The notes under the pieces were generated by a model, which was not told the origin of the DNA, did not search any database, and worked only from the letters and a program-made list of their open reading frames with translations. From the IMG/VR virus record IMGVR_UViG_3300000425_000001: a stretch of DNA of 64,000 nucleotides, one strand, 5' to 3'. The DNA is from an uncultured virus (IMG/VR IMGVR_UViG_3300000425_000001). Lineage: Duplodnaviria; Heunggongvirae; Uroviricota; Caudoviricetes. Within the stretch, counting starts at the first letter, position 1; the number at the start of each line of letters is the position of its first letter. Of the stretch, positions 10,364-17,734 are shown piece by piece. The position numbers and the translations under genes were made by a program.

Positions 10364-10447
10364 TTTGTTTCTCCTTGACGTTCTAGGTCTACGCTGTGGG
10401 TAGCAGCATAAGTCCTCTCTCGAGGCGCTCATTAGACAAAGTATTTA
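10364..10447 (-). promoter_or_regulatory. Late promoter TAAATA (10442-10447) plus structured leader
   Basis: CCTC-GAGA-GAGG GNRA hairpin, TATGCTG/CAGCGTA stem, GAC/GTC closing pairs next to the SD. Confidence 0.6.
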
Positions 10448-10836
10448 TCTCGTTTGTTCGGAATATAATTTATAAATTCACGTACATAATCAAAATGCTG
10501 GCTTAATGTAGAAAATAATTCAGTGTTTAAATTATGGGACACTGCATTGTAGCTTGTTTTACCTATATTAGAATAATAATCGATGTTAATACCGTAATCG
10601 GGGAATATTCCTGTAACAAACAAACAGGTATCGCCTAGTGTTTTAGCATCGCTAGTACGTTTCATTTGTAGGAAAGAATGTGCAAAGGAATGATTTGGGA
10701 GAAAGTCTATTTTGTTTACATGGCTTGCTAAAAGGATAACCACATAGTGTTCAATTGATTCTGGTAACTCAATACCAGTATGTTGTCTAGTTTCTTGTAC
10801 TACATCATAAAATGCAGATACATATTCATCTTGCAT
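10432..10836 (-). CDS. Hypothetical protein (MQDEYVSAF...), 134 aa, bacterial-looking; start revised
   Basis: The track start at 10857 lies in the U-tail of the gp23 terminator; the ATG at 10836 sits 4 nt after TATAAATA; LGDTCLFVTGIFP..YYSNIGKTSY motif. Confidence 0.65.
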   Translation of the reverse strand: MQDEYVSAFYDVVQETRQHTGIELPESIEHYVVILLASHVNKIDFLPNHSFAHSFLQMKRTSDAKTLGDTCLFVTGIFPDYGINIDYYSNIGKTSYNAVSHNLNTELFSTLSQHFDYVREFINYIPNKRDKYFV

Positions 10837-10856
10837 GAAGTATTTATAAAAAGTCA

Positions 10857-10881
10857 AAAAAATAGGCGCCGAAGCGCCTAT
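10857..10881 (-). terminator. Rho-independent terminator after the major capsid gene
   Basis: ATAGGCGC-TTCG-GCGCCTAT followed by a T-run; UUCG tetraloop as in T4 terminators. Confidence 0.9.
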
Positions 10882-10902
10882 CTTTTATTAAGTTGTTATA
10901 AC

Positions 10903-12069
10903 TTAGCTAAAGCTTACGTTACTTGATGTAACGCCAACTTTACCTAGGTAATCAGCTGCGTTACCTAGTGACGAAGCAGTATTCGTTAGCTCAACATATC
11001 CATAACGTGTCATGAACGAAACTGTTGGCTCGAATGTTGCTGGGTCTAGGACAACACCTGAACTCATTAGTGGGATATAAGGGCAATAGAACGCTGCTGC
11101 GTCTGATTCGCTTGTTCCTTTGTATCCGATTAGTACATCTGCATTATCAGTTGCATATGTGTTTACATATACACGCATTGCACTGTTTAGAGTACCAACC
11201 ATTTTAGTGTTAGTTGGTGCTTCAAATGTGCCTTCAGTTGTTCTTGCGAACGCTGAAGTTGTTGCAGATTGTAGAAGTGTTAGTGTAAACGGCGAAACAA
11301 CACACCAGTTACCAGCGCCACGACGTGTACGCTGTGCAATTAGGTTTGATACTCTGTTGATTTGAACAGCAAGTGCTGCGTGCTCGTCACCAACAAAAGT
11401 AGCAGTACCCGAAACTGCATTTTGGTCATATGTTTCAATTGCGTTACCAGCAAGACTATCTAGGCTTCCTAGTACTTCTTGATCGATCTCAGCAGTAATC
11501 TCTTGTGCAAGAGCTGCCATGATTTCTGCTTCAACGTCGATGCCATGCATTGCTTGTGAATCTTGAGCAGCTTCAAAAGTCCAACGTGCGCTTAGTTTGC
11601 GTGATTTGGCTTCTACTGTCTGCTTTAAGATTTGAATCGACATCTGGTTTCCAGCAACGCCTTCCATACTAGCTGTTGGGCTAGGGGCTGCGTCTGAACC
11701 TGGGTTACCAGAATACGCTTCAGCAATCTTGAATGGGCTGAATGCTTCATCCCCTGCTGTTGCTCCGTTATCTGTATTTGAATAACGCACACGTAGTGTG
11801 TGAATTTGTGCTACAGGACCAGTCATTGGCTGAACGCCAACTAACTCATTTGCAATAACTGTTGGCATTACACGTCTGATAACTGGTAGGATAACACGAT
11901 TAAGTGTTGCGATGTTACCGGCAGATGTCGCACCAGCAGTTGCGCTCTCTGAAAGATACTTGCGAGTATTTTCGAGCGTAGCTGCCATAACGCCCTTCTT
12001 GTTGCCGTTTAGGCCTTCAAGAAGTGCTGTTTTTGTGTCCTGCCAGCGACTTTCTAGTAGTTCTGACAT
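10903..12069 (-). CDS. gp23: Major capsid protein, T4 gp23-like
   Basis: IRRVMPTVIANELVGVQPMTGP, VEAKSRKLSARWTFEAAQD, EITAEIDQE, FYCPYIPL and FMTRYG motifs. Confidence 0.97.
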   Translation of the reverse strand: MSELLESRWQDTKTALLEGLNGNKKGVMAATLENTRKYLSESATAGATSAGNIATLNRVILPVIRRVMPTVIANELVGVQPMTGPVAQIHTLRVRYSNTDNGATAGDEAFSPFKIAEAYSGNPGSDAAPSPTASMEGVAGNQMSIQILKQTVEAKSRKLSARWTFEAAQDSQAMHGIDVEAEIMAALAQEITAEIDQEVLGSLDSLAGNAIETYDQNAVSGTATFVGDEHAALAVQINRVSNLIAQRTRRGAGNWCVVSPFTLTLLQSATTSAFARTTEGTFEAPTNTKMVGTLNSAMRVYVNTYATDNADVLIGYKGTSESDAAAFYCPYIPLMSSGVVLDPATFEPTVSFMTRYGYVELTNTASSLGNAADYLGKVGVTSSNVSFS

Positions 12070-12084
12070 TGGTATATCTCCTTA

Positions 12085-13182
12085 TTATAATCCAGCTAGA
12101 CGTTTAATGTCTACGACATTGTGATCGTCTGCTTTAGAACTAGTGATGTGTGATTGTTCACGGTTGCCTGTGATTGATTTGCCTTCTGTAAGTGGTGCCT
12201 TGGTTTTCTTTGCTGGAGTATTACTATCAATAACTGATGGTAGGTATTTTTCAAACGATGCTGTTAAGCGAGGCGTTTGAACTGTTTCCAGTAAGTCTGT
12301 CATTATTGAACGTTGATCCTTGCTTAAAGGAGCAATTAAGTCGTTCATAATTTTTTCTCTTTTAGCTGCTTCAACTAAGCGTGATTTCTCTTTGCTTGCT
12401 GATTCAGCTAAACTTTTAGCTTTTGATGCAAACGCCTTAGCTTCGCTAAGTTGCTTGTTTTTAACATCAATTACTTTAAGTAGTTTTGAAGTTTCTGATT
12501 TTTCATTTAAATATGAAGAACCATACTCATTTGCGAATGCTTCAAAGATTTTACGTCCAAAGTCATTTCTGCGTGCTGTGTCAATATCTTCTTTAAGTGA
12601 ACTAATCTCTTTGTTAAGAGTTTTAGCAACTGTTTCGGATACTAATGCTGCACTATCTTGAACGAAATCTTTCTTGACTTTAGCAATATGTGTCTTGGCT
12701 TCGCGCACAAGACGCACTTTAGTTTCTGCTAAATCTTTTTTATCTTCGTAAAATTCTGCAATTTCTGAAGCTAATGATTCAACAATAAATTCTTCCAACT
12801 TAGCATGATTTTCTTGCATTGCACGTTTATCTGCACGTAGCTCTGCAATCTCTGTTTTAAGTTGGTCAACTACAAATCCTTTTAAAAGATCTGCATTTTC
12901 ACGCATAGCAATTGCATATTTTGCTTTTGCTTCACTTAGTTGTTTTCTGTCTTCAGCAAATTCAGCAATTTCACTTGCTAAACCTTCTGACAACATTTGA
13001 TCTATTGCTTCAACCATTGTCTGCTTGTCATGTTCGTACTTCTGTGCGAACTCTTCACGCAATTCCGCAGTAGCCGCTTGACGGTTTTCTGTTACTTTTG
13101 CATTCCAAGCTTCTTCAACTTCAGCTCTGAGTTCTTCGCTAATTGCATCATTCTCGAAAAGTTTTGTCAGTGCTTCTAACAT
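12085..13182 (-). CDS. gp22: Prohead core/scaffold protein, T4 gp22-like
   Basis: Coiled-coil, A/E/K-rich, GRKIFEAF motif, located between protease and capsid genes. Confidence 0.85.
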   Translation of the reverse strand: MLEALTKLFENDAISEELRAEVEEAWNAKVTENRQAATAELREEFAQKYEHDKQTMVEAIDQMLSEGLASEIAEFAEDRKQLSEAKAKYAIAMRENADLLKGFVVDQLKTEIAELRADKRAMQENHAKLEEFIVESLASEIAEFYEDKKDLAETKVRLVREAKTHIAKVKKDFVQDSAALVSETVAKTLNKEISSLKEDIDTARRNDFGRKIFEAFANEYGSSYLNEKSETSKLLKVIDVKNKQLSEAKAFASKAKSLAESASKEKSRLVEAAKREKIMNDLIAPLSKDQRSIMTDLLETVQTPRLTASFEKYLPSVIDSNTPAKKTKAPLTEGKSITGNREQSHITSSKADDHNVVDIKRLAGL

Positions 13183-13195
13183 GGTTTTTTCCTTA

Positions 13196-13819
13196 TCATT
13201 GGAGTCTACTGATTATGTTAATCAGAGATTCCTTTAAATACTTTTGTGCCTTTGTGTCTTCTTTGGTTGCCTGTGCTAATTCGTATGCCTTATACCCTCC
13301 ACGTGCATTCATTAGATGCTCGTATATTGGTGTTGGATATGCACCGGGAGCGGAAGGTTGTGCTACCGCATCCACAGTGATAATTTCAAAATCGGAAACA
13401 TTGCCGCTTCCGTCTTCACTAACATTACCGCTACCACGCGATGATACACCTAGTTTAACGCCACTTTCTAGCATTGTTTTAACTAACTGTCCCATTGGAG
13501 TAGGCAGTACTTTTAGTTTACCGTAACCGTTTGGTCCGTCCATCCACATATCTGTAATCATGTGGCTTACGCGGTCAAGGTTAATGTTAAGGCCTTCTGG
13601 ATGATCAACTTCTCCGAGAGGCGTGTATCCGCCTTGAATCTGATCGTTAAGAGTTTTGACAGCCCTGCCTATTTCTTCTACAGGATACACACGCTGATTA
13701 GCATTACGTATCCCGCCTTGAATGACAATTCCCTTCATAAAAAGGTCCTTGCCATTTTCAGCAGACTCAACAACCATCTTAGCTTGGTCGAATGTCAAGT
13801 GCTCTCGTAGGTTTCTCAT
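13196..13819 (-). CDS. gp21: Prohead protease, T4 gp21-like
   Basis: NANQRVYP, LGEVDHP, LGVSSRGSG and DAVAQPSAPGAY motifs. Confidence 0.95.
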   Translation of the reverse strand: MRNLREHLTFDQAKMVVESAENGKDLFMKGIVIQGGIRNANQRVYPVEEIGRAVKTLNDQIQGGYTPLGEVDHPEGLNINLDRVSHMITDMWMDGPNGYGKLKVLPTPMGQLVKTMLESGVKLGVSSRGSGNVSEDGSGNVSDFEIITVDAVAQPSAPGAYPTPIYEHLMNARGGYKAYELAQATKEDTKAQKYLKESLINIISRLQ

Positions 13820-13838
13820 TCAATCGTCCTTGTCTTGC

Positions 13839-14882
13839 TTACTTTGCTCGCTTGCTCAACTTATTAAGTGTTGAACCTGCTGCTTTGTCAGCAGTTTCCG
13901 GCTTACCTTTTGTTTCAGCGCCGTGACCTGGCTCTTTCTTCTTGAAAGATGTTTTGCCAGCTTTACCACCAGGAACGTTAATGTTCTTAGTGTTCATTGC
14001 TGCTGGTGCTTGCTTTTGAACTGGATTACCTTTGATAGTTGTTCCTGCTCCTGCTTCACCGCTTTCTTCTGTATCTGTGCGTAGGATATTTGCAGTTGTG
14101 CCGCCCATATCGTTTTTGCCAGCTACAGCTGATTTTGTGTTAGTACCGTTGTCGCCATGCTTTGCTGGTGCAACTTTTTCTACATACTCGCGCATTTGCT
14201 CTGATGGTGATTTTTCAGCTTCGTCAACTTCTTCGTCTGACTCGTCTACTTCTTCGTCTGACTCATCAACTTCTTCGTCTGACGCTTCGTCAACTTCTTC
14301 GTCTGCTGATTCATATGTAAATGCTTCTTTTTCTTCGTCGTCGTCGCCTTCGTCGTCCATGTCCATGTCCATATCCATTTCGTCGTCGCCTTCGTCGTCC
14401 ATGTCGCCTTCATCACCAGCCATCATTTTTTCAAACTCTGCTTTAAGGTCTTCTAGTGCGTCTTCTAGATCTTCTACACGATCTTCTACGTCACCTTCAT
14501 CATCCATGTCCATGTCGTCGTCGCCATCCATGTCTGGTTCCATGTCGCCCATCATGTCGTCTGCAGGATCACCGCCCATCATTGGATCAGCTTCTACTTC
14601 AAACTCATCTAGGTCAAAGCCTTCTTCTAGATCATCATCTGACTCATCAACTTCTTCGTCATCTGCTTCGTCTAGGTCTTCGTCTGATTCATCTACTTCT
14701 TCATCCGATGCTTCATCAACTTCGTCATCTGACTCGTCAACTTCCTCTTCGTCTTCTAGTAGAGATTCATAAATATCTCTTGATTTTTCTACCACAATCT
14801 CGTGGAATAATGCTTCTGCACCTTCTTTGTCTTCATTGACTAAAAGTTCAAGCATTGCTTCAAACTTGCTACGATCTGCCAT
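13839..14882 (-). CDS. Highly acidic prohead core/scaffold-like protein, 347 aa
   Basis: D/E-rich EEVDES repeats, basic C-terminus, AGGAG SD; occupies the position of T4 gp67/gp68. Confidence 0.75.
   Translation of the reverse strand: MADRSKFEAMLELLVNEDKEGAEALFHEIVVEKSRDIYESLLEDEEEVDESDDEVDEASDEEVDESDEDLDEADDEEVDESDDDLEEGFDLDEFEVEADPMMGGDPADDMMGDMEPDMDGDDDMDMDDEGDVEDRVEDLEDALEDLKAEFEKMMAGDEGDMDDEGDDEMDMDMDMDDEGDDDEEKEAFTYESADEEVDEASDEEVDESDEEVDESDEEVDEAEKSPSEQMREYVEKVAPAKHGDNGTNTKSAVAGKNDMGGTTANILRTDTEESGEAGAGTTIKGNPVQKQAPAAMNTKNINVPGGKAGKTSFKKKEPGHGAETKGKPETADKAAGSTLNKLSKRAK
14221..14310 (-). repeat. Imperfect 21-24 bp coding repeats (DEEVDES/A); a second block lies at ~14640-14750
   Basis: Repeated tcgtcaacttcttcgtctgac-like units. 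Confidence 0.8.
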
Positions 14883-14896
14883 TGTTTTCTCCTGTT

Positions 14897-14942
14897 AAAA
14901 AATAAATACCGCTTGCACGGTATGGACTGTCATTATTATTTA
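14897..14942 (-). promoter_or_regulatory. Late promoter TAAATA (14937-14942) followed by a GCAA-loop hairpin and T-tract in the head-operon leader
   Basis: ATACCGT-GCAA-GCGGTAT followed by TTATTTTTT. Confidence 0.6.
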
Positions 14943-15003
14943 CTCTATTTGTGAAAAATTGGTACGAAACGGCACAATTTGACACCTAAAGTATAGTTAA
15001 ATA

Positions 15004-15735
15004 CTAGGTTAAATTGTGTATTTGCATAAATTCGTCAACATATATATGCTTTATGTTATTGATATTTACCAATTCTTTTGGGATAAATCCGTCTCGATCT
15101 ATTACTCTTATGTAATTAATTTTAGGATTTTCATTAACAGTAATAGTAGTTTGTTTCAACCAATTACCATAAAACGTTGCTCTGTCACTGGTTTTTTTGT
15201 AATTTAATGTGTCAGCATACATATTGTTTACTAAACGTCCTTTGTCAAGACCTTTGTAATCAAAACCTAATATGTATATTGTGTCATACGAATGTTGACT
15301 GGCTAACCACATTGCAGTTGGGCCGCTACTCCATCCTTTGCTCGGATTAAATAAATTTAGTCCTTCGATTTTTAAATAACTTCTATTAGGATTAGTATAG
15401 ACTGGATTGTTTAACTGATAGCCTTGTTTTGATATTTCTATTACCATTCTAGTGTCTACAGCAATTAAAAAATCTGGTGTAAATTCTCTATACAGTGCAT
15501 TACATCCGTATATTTTTCCAAAATTTCTTAGTTTATCCAGCTGTATAGGAAATCTACTAGTACCATTACCTATAACAAATGCAGTTGACCCGTTGATTTT
15601 TGGCTCAACCGGTTTGCGTATAATAGTTTGATTAAACTCTTTTTTATGACGTTCAGCTTGTTTGGCCAAGCGTCTTGCTTGTTTAATTTTACGCCATTCT
15701 GTTTTTGTATATTGACTCTTGTCTATCTTTGGCAC
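15004..15735 (-). CDS. Putative glycosyltransferase (DUF115/Maf or sialyltransferase-like fold), 243 aa
   Basis: FVIGNGTSR, GCNALYR, PDFLIAVD, SSGPTA and IYILGFD motifs; GTG start overlaps the upstream stop. Confidence 0.65.
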   Translation of the reverse strand: MPKIDKSQYTKTEWRKIKQARRLAKQAERHKKEFNQTIIRKPVEPKINGSTAFVIGNGTSRFPIQLDKLRNFGKIYGCNALYREFTPDFLIAVDTRMVIEISKQGYQLNNPVYTNPNRSYLKIEGLNLFNPSKGWSSGPTAMWLASQHSYDTIYILGFDYKGLDKGRLVNNMYADTLNYKKTSDRATFYGNWLKQTTITVNENPKINYIRVIDRDGFIPKELVNINNIKHIYVDEFMQIHNLT

Positions 15736-15980
15736 TACATACCTGCCTCTGCATTTGCAGATGCACCGTACATCTGTCTAACAAAATGAAGATCTTTTAT
15801 TTTTTCTTCTTTGTGTAAGTCAGCTGCTTTTCTAATACGATTTATCTGACGCAGAGTAAGTCTAGTTTTACGTGTGTCATCATAGTTTACTGGAGAAGTA
15901 TCATGCTCTGGCTCGTACCTATCATTCTCGACAGGTTCGATTGTTTCTTTATCAAAGTAAAATAGTTCTCTTAGTATCAT
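15735..15980 (-). CDS. Small head-module protein, 81 aa
   Basis: DTRKTRLTLRQINRIRK..VRQMYG; lies directly after the portal gene; TAAATA-N5-ATG. Confidence 0.75.
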   Translation of the reverse strand: MILRELFYFDKETIEPVENDRYEPEHDTSPVNYDDTRKTRLTLRQINRIRKAADLHKEEKIKDLHFVRQMYGASANAEAGM

Positions 15981-15988
15981 AATATTAT

Positions 15989-17734
15989 TTATATCGTTTG
16001 GTCTGTATTTGATGCAGGACTACCGCCTAAATCTTGATCAGTTGTTGTGTCAGGTCCATCGCCTTCAGATCCTTGTACCGGATCTTCACCGTCATCAGCT
16101 GTATCTTCTATGCCGTCTAGATCACCTTCAATGCCAGCACCACTGATGCCAGCGCCGCGCATTTCTGCACTTGCGTCGTCTAGCATTGGTTCTAGATCTT
16201 CTTCATTTTCCTCACGCCATAGACGTTCGTTTTCTGCAATCTCTTCGTCAGTCATGCCTAGGAATCTTTTTAGTGCAAACCTATTGGAGATGAATGGCAA
16301 CGCTGCCATTTGTGTATATGTCGGAACTCTTGCATTGTCAATTTCACTTTGTCTATAGCTTGCAAAGTTTTGTGGAGGTTGAAACTTTAAACTAAACATA
16401 GCAGTATCAATGTTAACACCCTTGTCTAGCATATATCGTTTAAATTCTTGATCAAACTCTTCTGCAATTAAGCCTTGCAAACGTTCACAATAGGTATTGA
16501 AGCGAAGTTCTTGTATGTATGCAGTACCAACACGCCCGTCATTATATTGGCTACTTGCATCATCCGCTCCGGTTGGTAAGTAACTGCTAGGGATACGTAG
16601 GCCACGTACAAGTTTATTAGTGAAGTATCTAAGATCATCAATCTCTCCTAAGTTAGTTCCGCCTGGCAGTGTTTCAACTTTTGATCCACGACCTTCTGCT
16701 GTTTGAGGGAAGAAGTAATCTTCATTGATTGACAGAGGGTTGTATGAGCTGTCAATTACATTTTGACCACCGCCTGTTTGTGACGGAATACGTCTTTGAT
16801 GTATTTCTGTCTTTACACGTTCCACAAACTGCATAGCAAGGTGACTTGGCATGTTTCCTACATCAACATAAAACACTCTGCGCTCAGGAGCACGTTGTAC
16901 ACGATAGATAATAATCGCATCTTCAAGTAATTCTTTTTGCTTGTAGACTTTGAAAACAGTTTCTAAAAGACTATTACCGAAAGGATAGTTTTTGTCTAGT
17001 CCTTCTGACAGACTGAGATGTACCATATGACTAGCATCAATACAAATTTCATTTTCTTCATTTTGCCAACGGTTGCCAGTAGGAATAGGACCTTTGCCTG
17101 TCATGTTTGTTGTGCCAGCGCCGGGATATCCTGCACCCGTTGGGCCAGTTCCTGTTGTATCAAATGGTGTTGTTGCAACCATATCTTTAAAGTTTACATT
17201 AAAGTCTTTGATCACATACTGCTCAGGTAGTTTACCTTCTGATTCATTTACAATAATTTTTGTTACATTGCCCGGATCAACATGAAACCATTTTTGTGTT
17301 TCCGGATCGCGAACAAAAAATTGATCACCATACTTGAATGCATTTCTAAACAGTCTAAACATGCGTGTTTCAAAGTTTTGTATCTTACTCCACTGCTGTA
17401 GATACTGTGATATAATTGTTACTTCACTGTTGGTTGCTTTTTGTTTGAAATCAATTTTGAAGTGTGTGTTGTTCTGTTCATTAAGCTGTGTACAAAACTC
17501 TGCTAGAATGTCTAGTGCAGCATTAACTTCCGAGTCTTGGTCCATTGTGTTGTACTGACCGTAGCGCTCGATACGATTGGGTGTGCCAACATATACATCA
17601 GGCAAGTAGCTTGAATAGTTTGATCTAGCAGGACCAGGCATGCTGTTACTACCGCCAGTAGTAGAAAAAGGAGAATAACTTCCGCTTGGGTTGTTGCTAG
17701 TTGCAACAGGAGTAAAGTACTTTTTCCAACTCAT
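15989..17734 (-). CDS. gp20: Portal vertex protein, T4 gp20-like
   Basis: LLEDAIIIYRVQRAPERRVFYVDVGNMP, EDYFFP..EGRGSKVETLPGG and LRIPSSYL motifs. Confidence 0.96.
   Translation of the reverse strand: MSWKKYFTPVATSNNPSGSYSPFSTTGGSNSMPGPARSNYSSYLPDVYVGTPNRIERYGQYNTMDQDSEVNAALDILAEFCTQLNEQNNTHFKIDFKQKATNSEVTIISQYLQQWSKIQNFETRMFRLFRNAFKYGDQFFVRDPETQKWFHVDPGNVTKIIVNESEGKLPEQYVIKDFNVNFKDMVATTPFDTTGTGPTGAGYPGAGTTNMTGKGPIPTGNRWQNEENEICIDASHMVHLSLSEGLDKNYPFGNSLLETVFKVYKQKELLEDAIIIYRVQRAPERRVFYVDVGNMPSHLAMQFVERVKTEIHQRRIPSQTGGGQNVIDSSYNPLSINEDYFFPQTAEGRGSKVETLPGGTNLGEIDDLRYFTNKLVRGLRIPSSYLPTGADDASSQYNDGRVGTAYIQELRFNTYCERLQGLIAEEFDQEFKRYMLDKGVNIDTAMFSLKFQPPQNFASYRQSEIDNARVPTYTQMAALPFISNRFALKRFLGMTDEEIAENERLWREENEEDLEPMLDDASAEMRGAGISGAGIEGDLDGIEDTADDGEDPVQGSEGDGPDTTTDQDLGGSPASNTDQTI

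Noticed and set aside
10364..10436. Hammerhead ribozyme suggested by CTAATGAG...GAAAC, and the 23-aa N-terminal extension
   Set aside because: The core deviates from CUGAUGA and the required stems cannot be built; the SD supports the 10363 start
14032..14839. Ser-rich 246-aa and His/Leu-rich 127-aa plus-strand ORFs
   Set aside because: Antisense shadows of the D/E-rich scaffold gene
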